From the NCBI RefSeq assembly GCF_006345805.1, contig NC_043001.1, positions 128,216,001 to 128,280,000 of the forward strand: 64,000 nt of DNA, in the 5' to 3' direction. Under the pieces are notes generated by a model that was not told where the DNA came from, did no database searches, and was given only the letters and a program-made list of their open reading frames with translations. A program made the translations under genes and the position numbers. Below are positions 10,995 to 23,470 of this stretch, piece by piece. The stretch's first letter is position 1; each line of letters starts with the position of its first letter. This stretch comes from Octopus sinensis. Its lineage: Eukaryota.

Positions 10995-11205
10995 CTGGCA
11001 GAAACTTCAGCATGCCGGGTGAAATGCTTAGCAGTATTTCTTCTGTATTTATGTCCTGAGTTCAAATTTTGCCGAGGTCGACTTTGCCTTTTATCCTTTT
11101 GGGGTTGATAAATTAAGTTCCAGTTGCGTACTGGGGTCAATCTAATTGACTGCCTCCCCACCCCACCCTGAATTTCAGGCCTTGTGCCATGAGTAGAAAA
11201 GAATT
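10995..11205 (+). mobile_element. SINE family 2 variant
   Basis: agctggcagaaac...gagttcaaattttgccgaggtcgactttgcc...tactggggtcaatc. Confidence 0.75.
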
Positions 11206-11790
11206 AATAGAAATTTACAATAGTTTAAAGTGACAGAAGACTTTTGCATGGTACTGTATAATGGTGAATATTTATGTTTTTGCATTTAGCACTGAAGACT
11301 GTGTCTTTGGGTTCACTTGCACTAGCCACATCTTTTAAACCAATTTACTTCAGACTTTCTTAGTTAATTATTGTAGAGTAAGAGCAGAATGTACTGCAGA
11401 ATGGAGATACTGTTGGAAGTGAGAAATGTTGGTTGGTTCAATGATTCTCATTTGCAATTTTGTTATGAATAACCTTAAAAAAAAAAAAATTCAGGTACAC
11501 TTGCATGTGCTTATGACTTGGTAGCATATACCATGCTTATGCTAATTGTTTGAGGTACCTGTGTAATCACAAGCAGACACAGACACCCTTTGGGGTTTTC
11601 CTGTTTTTGATTTAATGTAGCATCCACAATGTGATGGCTGGGAGGAGAGTAATGTACCTCAGCACTCATGCCTTTCTTTTTATCAATGTTGAAAGGATGA
11701 AAAAGCAAAGTGAGCCATGGCAGTTTTTAAACTTGCAAAAACTTGGAACAAATATCACAAGGTATTTTATCAGACACTAGTCATTTTAAT

Positions 11791-12120
11791 GTGAGGGCGC
11801 GTGGCTTAGTGGTTAGGGCATTCGGCTCATGATCGTAAGGTTGTGAGTTCGATTCCCGGCGACGCATTGTGTCCTTGAGCAAGACACTTTATTTCACGTT
11901 GCTCCAGTCCACTCAGCTGGCAAAAATGAGTTGTACTTGCTTGTATTTCAAAGGGTCAGCCTTGTCACTCTCTGTGTCACGCTGATTATCCCCGAGAACT
12001 ACGTTAAGGGTACACGTGTCTGTGGAGTGCTCAGCCATTTGCACGTTAATTTCACGAGCAAGCTGTTCCGTTGATCGTATCAGCTGGGACCCTCGTCGTC
12101 GTAACCGGCGGAGTCTTTTA
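11791..12120 (+). mobile_element. tRNA-derived SINE (head/core H1, tail Z) with 12-bp TSD
   Basis: A-box gtggcttagtgg, B-box gagttcgattccc; TSD agtcattttaat at 11779-11790 and 12121-12132. Confidence 0.88.
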
Positions 12121-12380
12121 AGTCATTTTAATATATATATAAAACTGCATTGTATTTCTAGTGTTAACTTGATGGTAAAAATGACACAATGAGTTAATAA
12201 AACATTTGTGGAGTTATATATTGGGTTGGTGCATAATTAATGATCATTTTATAATTTAATAATTAATTAAAAAAAAAAAAACGATTGCTAATTATGCACT
12301 GTTTCAATAGAACTCTTCCTTTCATGCAACAATAAGACTAGAATGTCTTAAGCTGTGATATCCTGATGTGATATGATATA

Positions 12381-12680
12381 GGCGGTGGCGCAATGGCCGA
12401 GTGGTTAGGGTAGTGGACTCGCAGTCGGAGGTATTTTTCGATTCCCAGACCAGGCATTGTGTGTGTTCATTGAGCAAAAACACCTCAAAGCTCCATGAGA
12501 CTCAGGCAGTGGGTGGTGGTGACCCCTGTTGTAGTCTTTTGCCACAACTTTCTCTCACTCTCTCTTCCTGTTTCTTGAGTAATGCTGCGATGGACTGGCG
12601 TCCCGTCCAGCTGGGGTTAACACATACGCCACAGAAACTGGGAAACCGGGCCCATGAGCCTGGCTAGGCTTGGAAAGGGT
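12381..12680 (+). mobile_element. tRNA-derived SINE (head/core H2, tail X)
   Basis: gcgcaatggccgagtggttaggg...ttcgattcccagacc head matching 57310-57603 and 59890-60292. Confidence 0.75.
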
Positions 12681-12853
12681 GACAAAAAAAAAGATATGAT
12701 ATAGACTAGGTACTGGTGATTGTGTACAGAGTAGAAACAAACTAGGTTTGCTATCACTAGATGAGCATCTTACTAGCTCACTTAGCTGCAACCCACATGT
12801 ATATATATATGCAAAATATCTGCTATGATTGTAGTATTGGATTTTACTTTCAG

Positions 12854-13071
12854 GTGCTGGTATTTTATCTATGGCCAACAGTGGACCTGATACTAACGGA
12901 AGCCAGTTTTTCATAACCCTAGCTCCAACACAGTGGCTGGACGGCAAACACACTATCTTTGGTCGTGTCAGCACCGGAATTACTGTTGTTCAAAGAATTG
13001 GACTTGTAGAGACAGATAGCAATGACCGACTGGTTGATGAAGTACAAGTTCTAAGTGCGACCCCTTCATAA
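12854..13071 (+). CDS. PPIL1: PPIL1 coding exon 4 ([39 protein letters not shown]...ATPS*)
   Basis: ttttactttcAG acceptor, stop TAA at 13069-13071; the spliced CDS is 62+155+69+218=504 nt = 167 aa with W and H active-site residues in TQWLDGKH. Confidence 0.97.
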
Positions 13072-13205
13072 TGCTGGACTTCCATCTGTGTGTGTGTATA
13101 TCTCTATATATGTATATATATAGATATATATGTTTTTTTTTGTTTTTTTGATGGCATTTGAAATGGATAAAACTATAAATAATAGTATGTAGAATTTTGG
13201 GTTAA

Positions 13206-13807
13206 CCCTTTCGTTACTATATTTCTGACCAAAATACACCCCTCATGAGTTTCAATTAAATTCTAAAATAATCATCAATCTAGGCTTGTTTCCTTAAATA
13301 ACTGTAACTTTTTTACTTATCAACATATTAATGTGATATTTGGAACATAATTAAAGAAAGGGTTCTTAATCAATTCTATTGCATAACTTTCAAACAATAA
13401 CTTCCAGACCACATCTTACCCTAAGCCATGCTGGCTAACATTAGTTTCCCTGTATAAAAACTAAATCCACAACAGTACCCAGTATTTGTTTCACAAATTT
13501 TCCAATTTGGAATCAATGCTTGATAACATGAAACTCCTATCTATTTTCAAAGTTGAAGAAAAATCGATGCCGAAAAAAATGTGGAAAAAAAATCTCCCAA
13601 AATTCAGGGAATTAAAATTGCATGTTGATCTTTGTACAAAACTGTAGATGAACTGTTTATGAAGCATAATCACATGTTTTCACGAATGTACTAAAGAGAT
13701 TTGCTCTGATATTCTCATTTAAATATGAATAGGTAAATTTGGGCGGCTTTGGGCGGTTTGGTCACATTAACCAAAATTTTTTTCTGGCGGCTTTGGTAAC
13801 GAAAGGG
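13206..13807. mobile_element. piggyBac-type MITE (about 600 bp), 135 bp downstream of the PPIL1 stop
   Basis: TTAA|ccctttcgttac ... gtaacgaaaggg|TTAA. Confidence 0.88.
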
Positions 13808-14264
13808 TTAAAACACTCCTTGGGGAAAAATTGAAGGCTTGTCTATATGCTAATATTTATAACATTATTTGCTTTGAGTTCCAGCACTTAAAAAAAAGAT
13901 GATTTATTTCATATCTCTTGAAGTTTTGTAAATTCTTACAACATAAACTACACACACTGTTGGATTGGATTGTTTTCATGACAGACATGCTTTCAGTGCC
14001 TCATGGAGTTGGATGCCTGTGAATGTCTATTAACACCAGTGTTATAGCAAGTTACATTCCAGTGTAGCCTGTTCTTTATTTCTAAGAAAGAAATCACTGC
14101 ATGTCACCATCAATTTCCATGCTTTTTCATACTTCCATTTAATAACTTTGATCTACATACCGGTTGCTGTAGAACGGACAAGAAACATCCTGATAAGCTG
14201 GATCTGCAATCTTGTTGCACTTTCCAACAATAATCATTTTCAGTTCTATAATTAAGAGATGAGG

Positions 14265-14699
14265 AATTATGTACATTATTTACATTCGACGGATATTTGT
14301 CCTCATCTTGTTTATTGTTAACACAACATTTCGGCTGATATATCCTCCAGCCTTCATCAGGTGTCTTGGGGAAATTTTGAACCTGGGTTCTCATTCCTAA
14401 GGTATTCTTTGTTGTTATTGTTGTTGTTGAGGCCACTGATTGGAATCAAACTCGGAATCTTGGGGTTTGTAGCCTGCACTCTTAACCACTATGCCATATG
14501 CCCAAGAGCGCAGGCTTAATAATAATAATAATAATAGCAATTAAAAAAAAATATCATCGAAAAATACCTTAGGAATGAGAACCCAGGTTCGAAATTTCCC
14601 CAAGACACCTGATGAAGGCTGGAGGGTATATCAGCCAAAGCATGTTAACAACAAACAAGATGAGGACAAATATCCGTCAAATGTAAATAATGAACAATC
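14265..14699. mobile_element. Inverted pair of Penelope-like terminal repeats around a SINE head fragment
   Basis: About 14265-14405 and 14562-14699 are reverse complements; each holds a ctgatgaaggctg...cagcc hammerhead-like core; a tRNA-like head lies on the - strand near 14425-14505. Confidence 0.7.
14320..14365 (-). ncRNA. Minimal type I hammerhead motif (canonical core, stem III eroded)
   Basis: Reverse complement gacac CTGATGA A ggctg gaggatatat cagcc GAAA TGTT gtgtt. Confidence 0.6.
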
Positions 14700-15007
14700 A
14701 TTTTATTTCACTTAATGTCCTTTGGAAATTCATAAACCACACAACTTCATTCTTTGATTTTTCTTTTTTTTTCACCTGTAAATCTGAAACCATGTATCTT
14801 GTGTGGAATCCATATCATATGCTCATATTATTTCAAAATTCAGCTTTATATTTTTTATCTGGAACACAATGCAAAAAAAAGAAAGAAAGAAAGATAAAGA
14901 TTTTTAATGAATTATGTTTCAGTCTTTGTCTGAATTTTAGAAACAAGGAATTATTATTGCAGACTGATATCGTCAAACTAGTGTCATCACGGTTGTGCTC
15001 TCTTGTC

Positions 15008-15235
15008 TTCTTCAGTTGCTTGTCATATTCTTTTACTCTTTCACTTGTTTCAGTCATTTGACTGTGGTCATGCTGGAGCACTGCCTTTAGTCGAGCAATT
15101 CGACCTCAGGACTTATTCTTTGTAAGCCTAGTACTTATTCTATCGGACTCTTTAGCTGAACCGCTAAGTTAGGGGTGTAAACACACCAGCATCGGTTGTC
15201 AAGCGATGTTGGGGGGGACAAACACAGACACACAA

Positions 15236-15275
<40 letters not shown>

Positions 15276-15436
15276 GACAGGCTTCTTTCGGTTTCCGTCT
15301 ACCAAATCCACTAAAGGCTCTGGTTGTTCCGAGGCTATAGTAGAAGACACTACCCCAGGTGTCACGCAGTGGGACTGAACCCAGAACCATGTGATTGGTA
15401 AGCAAGCTACTTACCACACAGCCACTCCTACGCCTA
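15008..15436 (-). mobile_element. SINE family 1, full length
   Basis: Complete head, internal (CA)n/(TA)n and ttgtttcagtcatttgactg tail. Confidence 0.88.
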
Positions 15437-15793
15437 TATTGGTTAACATTTTTAGAATTTAGAACCAAGCTTTTCATTAAATCCACAGGTGTAGATTATT
15501 CTTATCCCATTGTCCATATCAGGGATATTTGGATATTCTGTTAGTTATTCCTTGATATGGACCATGAAATGAGAACAATCTACTTTCGTGGTTAATGGAG
15601 GATTTCTGTTTGAAATTCTAAGAACATTATTGAAGAGAACAGGGTCCCGAAGAAAGCAGTGGTGTACAGTGGACTAAACTTTGTATCGCAACTTGATTGT
15701 TAGGGTCACAATGTCACAGCCATTGCACTATCCAATATTCTTTAGCTGTGTGTTGTATTTGATAAAATTTCAAACTGAACCATTTATAAAATT

Positions 15794-16110
15794 CTAGCAT
15801 AGAAAAACAGACATAATATGAACAAATGAAATATGTTGACATGGCATATATGAGTGAGAGCCAAGCTGATAGTCCCAGGTATTGAATTGTACCTGAAGAC
15901 AGAGCAGTTGTTAATGGCCAAGTTCATTTCATTGTAGGTAGACATCGAAGAGAGGAATAATTCTCTAAAGTAGGCAACAACAGACAATGAAAGAGCCTGT
16001 ACACAGTTGACTTGCTAAAAATAGCAACCAAATTTTAGACACCAAAGAGAGGAATAATTTACTAATGTAAGCAGCAACAGACAACAAAAGAGCCTGTACA
16101 CAGTCAGTTG
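15794..16110. repeat. Direct repeat copy 1 (317 bp) of 17878-18196
   Basis: Two substitutions and one 2-nt indel versus copy 2. Confidence 0.92.
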
Positions 16111-16399
16111 TCTATACCAGGAATATACTTTTTTAAAATTATTAATTAGTGATGACATTAGTCTGAATATATCATTTTTCTTTTCATGATAACCATTTTA
16201 ACGTCCTCTTTTCCATTTCTGCATGAATTAGATGGAGTTTATTTAGGCAGATTTTCTACAGCTTGATGCTCTTCCTGTTGCCAACCCTTACCTGTTTCCA
16301 AGTATGGTAATTTTTCCTCATGATGAGGCATGTTTTCACAGCTTGATGGAAATGAACGATTAGGAGATACAAACATTCACACACATACATGCATACATA

Positions 16400-16810
16400 T
16401 TCCTTTAGTTTTTTACTTGTTTCAGTCATTTGACTGGCCATGCTGAAGCACTGCCTTAAAAGGTATTTTTAGTTGAAGATATCGACCTCAAGACTTTTTT
16501 TTTTGGAAGCCTAGTACTTATTCTATCTGTCTCTTGCTGAACTGCTAAGTTACAGAGACATAAACACACCAATGTCAGTTGTCAAGCGATGGTGGGGTGA
16601 CAAACACACACACACACACACATATATGATGAACTGCTTTCAGTTTCCATGTAACAAAACTACTCACAAGGCTTTAGTTGACTTGGGGCTATAAGTAGAA
16701 GTCACTTGCCCAAGGTACTGTAGAAGGACTTGCTTAAGACACTTGCCCAAAGTGCTGTATGATTGACCCCAAAACCATGTGGCTGGAAAGCAAACTACAC
16801 AGCTTTGCCT
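16400..16810 (-). mobile_element. SINE family 1, diverged
   Basis: ttacttgtttcagtcatttgactggccatgctg...aaaaccatgtggctgg. Confidence 0.75.
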
Positions 16811-16858
16811 GTTCCTGTATCAGTGTAAAATAGGTTTCAGTCATTGCTTAACCCTTAA

Positions 16859-17079
16859 CCCTTTCGTTACCAACCCGGCTGAAACCAGCTCTGGCTCTTT
16901 AGTATAAATGTCTTGTTTTCATAAGTTCTGAATTCAAATCTTCCACCAAATCTTAGTCACAATTTATGTTCCGAACACTAGCTTAATGATAACGATGTTA
17001 TTTTACTAAATTCTTTGTTATATTTAAAATAATTGGAAGAAACACAGAGCATCTCAAAATAAATACAGTAACGAAAGGG
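16859..17079. mobile_element. piggyBac-type MITE
   Basis: TTAA|ccctttcgttac ... gtaacgaaaggg|TTAA, 221 bp. Confidence 0.9.
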
Positions 17080-17182
17080 TTAATGTCCCTTTGGAAATTG
17101 TCAAAGTCAAAGGTCCAGCACTGTAATAATCCAATTAAAGAATGGATGATTAAGGAAGGTTTTAGTTTTCTCCTTTACATTA

Positions 17183-17390
17183 TATAATAATAATAATGAA
17201 ATTATTGTATACAGTGCTCAGGTGCACCACAACTTGTCAGAAAGTGCATATAAAGTACATGCAGTAATGTAGAAATGTCTGGAAAGCGAACAATGTATGA
17301 GTCAGATACATGCTTGTGTGTGTATGGAGGGGAGAAAGTCAGGTGTAGTGTTGGTGAATCTCAGGAAGCATGGAAGTTTTGAAGGATGCA
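17183..17390 (-). mobile_element. LINE (CR1/L2-like) 3' end with (ATT)n tail
   Basis: Reverse complement ...tccttcaaaacttccatgcttcc...ttgtggtgcacctgagcactgtatacaataatttcattattattatt; clade inferred from the tail style only. Confidence 0.5.
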
Positions 17391-17877
17391 CTTTCTCACT
17401 TCCTTCAATATGGTTGTAAGCAAGGTTAGTAGAATTTGCATGGTATTGTTTCAGGATTGTCCAACTGATGCAGCCCTTTGCAGTGATTTCCTGTTGAAGT
17501 GAAAGTGTTTAGAAATCAAAATGAATATAAGTTAACAGAGGTGGACTACTAGCCACAATGTCATAAGTTCTAATTGTTTCTATTGCCATTGTTTTGTACA
17601 CTTAAAAAAAAAAATCTTCAGCTGGATTAATTAAAAAAAAGAAAAGAAAATTAGATGTGTGTGTATGTGCATGCACATGTGTCTGTGTTTGTTTACATTT
17701 GCACCTTTCTGAAAATTACTTAGCGACAAGTGGTGACATTTTTTGTCATTTTCCCTGTCAGCAAATCAGCCACTGACTTTTTACTGTCGAGGACATGTGA
17801 AATAAGAGATCTCTTTCTTTAAAAGCATGAGAGACATCCAACTGTAAAACAATGCCTCTAATATAACCCAACCCATG

Positions 17878-18196
17878 CTAGCATAGAAAAACAGACATAA
17901 TATGAACAAATGAAATATGTTGACATGGCATATATGAGTGAGAGAGCCAAGCTGATAGTCCCAGGTATTGAATTGTACCTGAAGACAGAGCAGTTGTTAA
18001 TGGCCAAGTTCATTTCATTGTAGGTAGACATCGAAGAGAGGAATAATTCTCTAAGGTAGGCAACAACAGACAATGAAAGAGCCTGTACACAGTTGACTTG
18101 CTAAAAATAGCAACCAAATTTTAGACACCAAAGAGAGGAATAATTTACTAATGTAAGCAGCAACAGCCAACAAAAGAGCCTGTACACAGTCAGTTG
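17878..18196. repeat. Direct repeat copy 2 (319 bp) of 15794-16110
   Basis: Near-identical to copy 1, 2.08 kb downstream. Confidence 0.92.
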
Positions 18197-19510
18197 ATTT
18201 GCTAAAAATAGTTGCCAAATTCTCTCAGATCACACCACACCATCTTAAGGAAGGGAGGACGCTTTAGCCAAGGTATTAGATATGCAGAAAGGTGGAATGG
18301 TTATTTTAAAAACATCTTTGTAGGATAAATATTTTCATTCTATGTTGATTTAGGGGTTAGATAATAACAGAATTTTTGAAATTGACATGTATTTTGTTTG
18401 TAGTTCCAACTTCCTCCATAGCATAAATCTACCTACCTGGTTGTTTGACTTGCAAAAAGTAGCAGGTAAATTCTTTGAATTACACTCCATTTAAAGAAAG
18501 AAAGCGATGCACTGAACAATGTAGACCTTGATATATAGAGGAAAACAGGATGGTCACAGCTGGAATGATTTTGAGCATATTTACAATCAGTCGGGATTTG
18601 AGCAAGTACTTTGTTAAGGCAGTAAGTTAGTTTGGTGAGGTAACAATGAGTAGTACTAGGTATAGGTAGGTATTAAAGTTATTACGATTTTAGTAACATT
18701 GGAAACAAGGCTCTTGATGTTCCTGTTTCAGTAACTGAGATTTATTGGTATTGGTGGTAGTAGTGATGTAGCTAAGACTTAATATAAACCAGTGATATAA
18801 TTTGAGTCCACTTACATATAGGAATACTAGAATGGTTTGAAATTTGGTTAGACTGTAAATTGGAGAAATTTTTTTTTCGGCAGTCTCATTGTAACCATGT
18901 TGTTTCAAAATTTAAGGTTGATAACTTCTGGTAGGGTTGGGGCATGTGTAAAAGTACATGTGGAGCTTCTGTTTGCACTATACTAATTGTAATAATTCTT
19001 TGAACTATAGGCACAAGGCCTGAAATTTTATCGAGGAGGCATTGATTGCTGTGCTCAACTGGTACTTATTTTATTGACCCCAAAAGGTTGAAAGACAAGG
19101 TTCACCTTGGCAGAATTTGAACTCAAGACATAAACCAGAAGAAATGCTGCTAAACATTTTGTCTGGCATGCTAATGGTTCTGCCAACCCGCTGCTGCTAA
19201 TGATAATAGTAATCCTTTCTACTATAGGCACAAGGCCTGAAATTTGGTGGGATTAGATCGACCCCAGTACGCAACAGGTTCTTAATTTATTGACCCCGTA
19301 AGGATGAAAGGCAACGTCGACTTAAGCAGAATTTGAATTCAGAACATAGAAACGGGTGCTAATAACAATAATGATTTTAAATTTTGCCAGAGCAAAAATG
19401 TCACTGAAAATAATGTGCTTATTATATACAGTGTTCAGATGTACTACTTAATTACGATGAAAAATATTTGCTGTGAGGTCGTGTGTTGAAGCAGAGGTGG
19501 ACCTAAAGTA

Positions 19511-19829
19511 TGTGGACCACACTCCCTTTGGTTTTTTTTTTTTTTTTTTTTATACAGAATCTCCCATTTCTGAGTATGGAGATTCTGATTCTACAAAAGA
19601 AACAGCATTTAAAAATTTTAATCCCCACCCCCAATTCTTCAATTTTCACTTTTTTCAGAAATTTTTTTGTGAAATATGCAGAAAAATATGGAGATCTCCA
19701 TATTTTTCCATGCATTTAAAAATTTTTTGAATGCCGTTTTCTCTTTTTGTTTTTGCAGAATCAGAATCTCCGTACTCAAAAATGGGGGATTCTGTAAAAA
19801 AAAACAAACCCAAAGGGGGTGCGGTCCAC
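19511..19829. mobile_element. Foldback/MITE-like palindromic element
   Basis: About 110-bp imperfect arms (gtggacc...cagaatctcccattt...ggagattctgattct) and a central palindrome aaaaatatggagatctccatattttt. Confidence 0.75.
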
Positions 19830-20869
19830 AATTCTTTATGTCCCCCAAAGTAGGTATTGTTATATTTTGGGATGGTCATCTTTTACCAAATAAACACAGA
19901 CACTATATACTCATTTTCCACTTCAGCTTTATCGTTATTCTTATTTTTGTGTCCTTTGACTGCAATCTTTCATCACACATCATGTGATCTTTTCAGGGAC
20001 CCATTTATCCCACGTATCTCCTACTGTCATGTTTAGTCTATTCTTTCTATATGTATCCTTATCCGCGTATGCATTTGCGTCTGTGTGTTTTGTGTGTGTG
20101 TGTGGGTTTGCTTAATATATTGTTTGCATCCGAGTCCTTTTTTTAGATTTCTTTTTTTTTATGAAAGAAAAATTAATGGCAAAAAAAAAATGACCATCCC
20201 GTAATATAACTATATTAATTTAACTCTAGAGAAAAAGGTTAAAAAAAAGTATCTTCAAAATGAGGGAAATGTCATGAGTTACATACCCTGGTCTTTGCTT
20301 GTCTCTTTAGCTGTTATAGAAGTAGATCAAGGGACGAAACTTTTGACATTTTTATGTTTTTTCCTTCCCCTTCCTAAAAGTGGTGGTCTGTAGTTTGTTG
20401 GAGAGTTGATAAAATATCTTGCTGTACTTGTTCAAGCTCTTTATATTCTAGGTTCGAATCCTACAGAATTCCTCTTTGACTTTCATTCTTCTAAGAACAA
20501 GTAAGAAAAGTATCAGTTAAATATTGGGGTTCGATTTCCCTGAGTGTCGGTCTGTATCAGTATGCAATGTGTTCACATGGTAGACTAGAGCTGGAGCAAG
20601 AGTCAAAGATAGCAGAGTGACCAGGTTACAAGAACTAAATCTAATTGTTCAATTTGTAAATTTATTTATATTTGTAATTGTTCTTTACAGTGAGTCTTAA
20701 TTGTAATTTTATTCCTCATCAAGGTTGGCAGTGGTATTGCTACCAACTGTATTAAATGACAAAGGCTAACAAAAAAAAAATTCTTATTTTTGGAATCCTG
20801 ATTCCAAATTTACCAGTTTTGCCCAATCACCTCTAGTTTTGGATATACGTATATATGTTGATTTAGTTA

Positions 20870-21305
20870 GTTGCACATTGCATTTAAGAAGCCTAGTTGC
20901 ATCTTACATTTTGGCGCTTTAGAACTTGGACCACGGGCTATACGTCCCCTGCCCAATTCAAGATCACAACATACATGTACACTGCAACATAATTTCTTTT
21001 CCTCAACAGGCCCAGCCCTATTTAACATTGTCCCGAGGGAGATCAAAGAGGAAAAGGATCCCATCAACTTTAAACAGAGTCTGGATAGATTCCTTCAAAG
21101 AATACCAGATAAGCCACCCATAATTGGATACAACTCACCCAACAAGAACTCACTACTTGAACAAAACTGGATACAACTCACCCAACAAGAACTCACTACT
21201 TGAACAAAACTTGACTTAAACAGGATTCGAATAATCCTATCAGGTGGTGCTATTAAGTTAGACATGGCCTGGACCAATCTTTGGTCGAAACATATCTAAG
21301 TTTAT
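20870..21305 (+). mobile_element. CR1-like LINE 3' end (RT C-terminus plus 3'UTR) with an internal 43-bp tandem duplication
   Basis: ORF 20871-21203 FFSSTGPALFNIVPREIK...FKQSLDRFLQRIPDKP...NKNSLLE; 21125-21167 is duplicated at 21168-21210. Confidence 0.75.
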
Positions 21306-21309
21306 CTAA

Positions 21310-21527
21310 CCCTTTAGCATTCATATTACTCTCTTAAATGAAATGCTTATTTATTCACAGTTTTGAATTAATCATGCTTTACCTCGTAGGCAAGACATTT
21401 TCATGATCTGATTGCTTAGTTTTAGAAAGACGTTGTAGTAAAGGTGTAAGAGGCCAGATCTGGTCAGTTTTAACATAAAACTGGTTGCATATTTAGTCTG
21501 GATGTGGCCAGTTTGAATGCTAAAGAG
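21310..21527. mobile_element. piggyBac-type MITE (ccctttagc family), diverged
   Basis: CTAA|ccctttagcattc ... gaatgctaaagag|TTAA. Confidence 0.7.
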
Positions 21528-21871
21528 TTAAACCTATTTTACGAAATATTTGAGTTGCTAATCTCTAAAATGATGTTTTGCCCAATCTGGTCTAATTAGT
21601 TAATGATCTGCTAGTTAGTTACAAAAATAACAATATTAATGTTATTAATATATTGTTTCTAAATTTGACACATGACCAGCAATTTTGGGGGGAGGGGTAA
21701 AATTGATAACATCAACCCCAGTACTAGACTAGTACTTTATTTTATTGGTCCCGAAAGGGTGAAAGGCAAAATTGATCTTGGCAGGATGTGAACTCAGAAT
21801 GTAAGAAGCTAGAAGAAATACTGCTAAGTATTTTGTCTAAGATGCCGACAATTCTTGCAGCCTTAAATAGT

Positions 21872-22045
21872 TTCATCATCATCATCATCATTTAGCGTCC
21901 GCTTTCCATGCTAGCATGGGTTGGACGGTTCAACTGGGGTCTGGGAAGCCAGAAGGCTGCACCAGGCCCAGTCTGATCTGGCAATGTTTCTACGGCTGGA
22001 TGCCCTTCCTAATGCCAACCACTCGTGAGTGTAGTGGGTGCTTTT
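21872..22045 (-). mobile_element. RTE 3' tail fragment
   Basis: (CAT)n tail and consensus ccatgctagcatgggttggacggttcaactgggg. Confidence 0.8.
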
Positions 22046-22221
22046 ATTTCAACATAAAAGCTTAGAGTAAAGATATTGTGAAATGAAGATGAAATGAAAA
22101 GTACCAAAAATCATTTGTACTTAGAGAATTATGTGAATTATGTAAATTGAATGAAAGACAAAAATTAATAACGAGAACTCAAAGAGTACAAACCTCTGCC
22201 AAGGCAACACCAACATCCTCA

Positions 22222-23470
22222 TTTTTTTATTGCCCACAAGGGGCTAAATATAAAGGTTATACAATACAAAGCATAAAATCGGGGAAATTAAAATATAAAA
22301 AAGAAATCAAGCAAAGAAGAAAAAAATAAAAGAAACAAATAAACTTATGAATAATGATAAAATGAGGCGCAATGCTCACTTGACCCCTGAAGTCAAGTGG
22401 TTACATTTAGACATGATTTTGGACAGTTTTTCCTCTTTTTTTCTTTTCTTTAAAAAGTTCGCATTTTCATAATTTTTTTTTATATTGTTCATATTACATT
22501 TAATATTTTTGTCTGAAATTTTCAAACTTTGCATGTTCCACTACGAGCGGCATTGCATTATACAACACCAGCCCATCAATCATAGTTATCAATTCATCAT
22601 AAGAATCCATGAACACTTCATATCTTTCGTTGTTCAATAGAACGCATCTTTCATTCTCCTTGAAATTCTCCCTGGGTAGCTTCATCCTAATCAAATCCTT
22701 CCACTTGGATATTCTTCTTTCTACCTCTACACTCTTTACATAGTAAACACGTTCACTCCTCCCACCGGTGCCAACTCTGGACTGTCCCCAGTGGCAGCCG
22801 AAATAGCTGCCACCAACCACTCTGTACCCATTTCAGGCGGCACTCCTCCCATTCAAATTCGAACACCTTGCCTGCCCCCACACATGGGCAGCAGCACTAC
22901 CATGTCCAAACATAGAACAGTGGTGGAGTGTGCGGCTGCCTCCTCTTTGGTGGCAAACCTGACATCCACCGCACCGCACTTCCTTCCTCCGCTCACAAAA
23001 GTCACCCTCCTCATTAGGGCTCCCAGACACTCCTCCATATCATCCTCCAAGAGGACCTCCACTTTGTTGGTGGCGACTACCCTTGTATGTCACACCACCG
23101 TCCATTGCTCCCATCAGTCACAGTTTCCTCAGGAGGGACCTGCTCAGCTGTGTCTCCGTTTCCTTTCACAAACTGCCTGCCTCCTACAACCTCTTCCATA
23201 TCAACTTTTAACCGCTTTGCCTCCAGCGGTGCAGCTGCTCCCACTGCTGTGGTCCCTCAGCACCCCTCCATAATAAAAGCTAATTTTTTCTCACCCACAA
23301 TGGGGAGAAAAACAGCAAAAAGCAACTATGCGCAAGTCGCTTCAACAATTTTTAACTGTAATAAAAACAATATATTCAACAGACAGTCTCAAAAAGACAA
23401 CCTTCCACAATCAAATCATAGTAAAAAATGACGAGACTCAAACAACAAGTTGTAAAACTAATGTCCTAAT
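22222..23470 (-). mobile_element. ORF1/gag-only retroelement A (RRM-like region, internal deletion, C-terminal domain), decayed
   Basis: Broken frames KVEVLLEDDMEECL...GRKCGAVDVRFATKEEA..HST...GGVPPEMGTEWLVAAI align with element B; the ORF ends at 22500; the 3' end has a stem-loop and AATAAA at 22226-22244. Confidence 0.7.

Noticed and set aside
11793-11862. tRNA genes at SINE heads (also 12381, 57540-57603, 60230-60292)
   Set aside because: A/B boxes run straight into SINE core and tail sequence, one copy has a TSD, and no complete acceptor stem was found.
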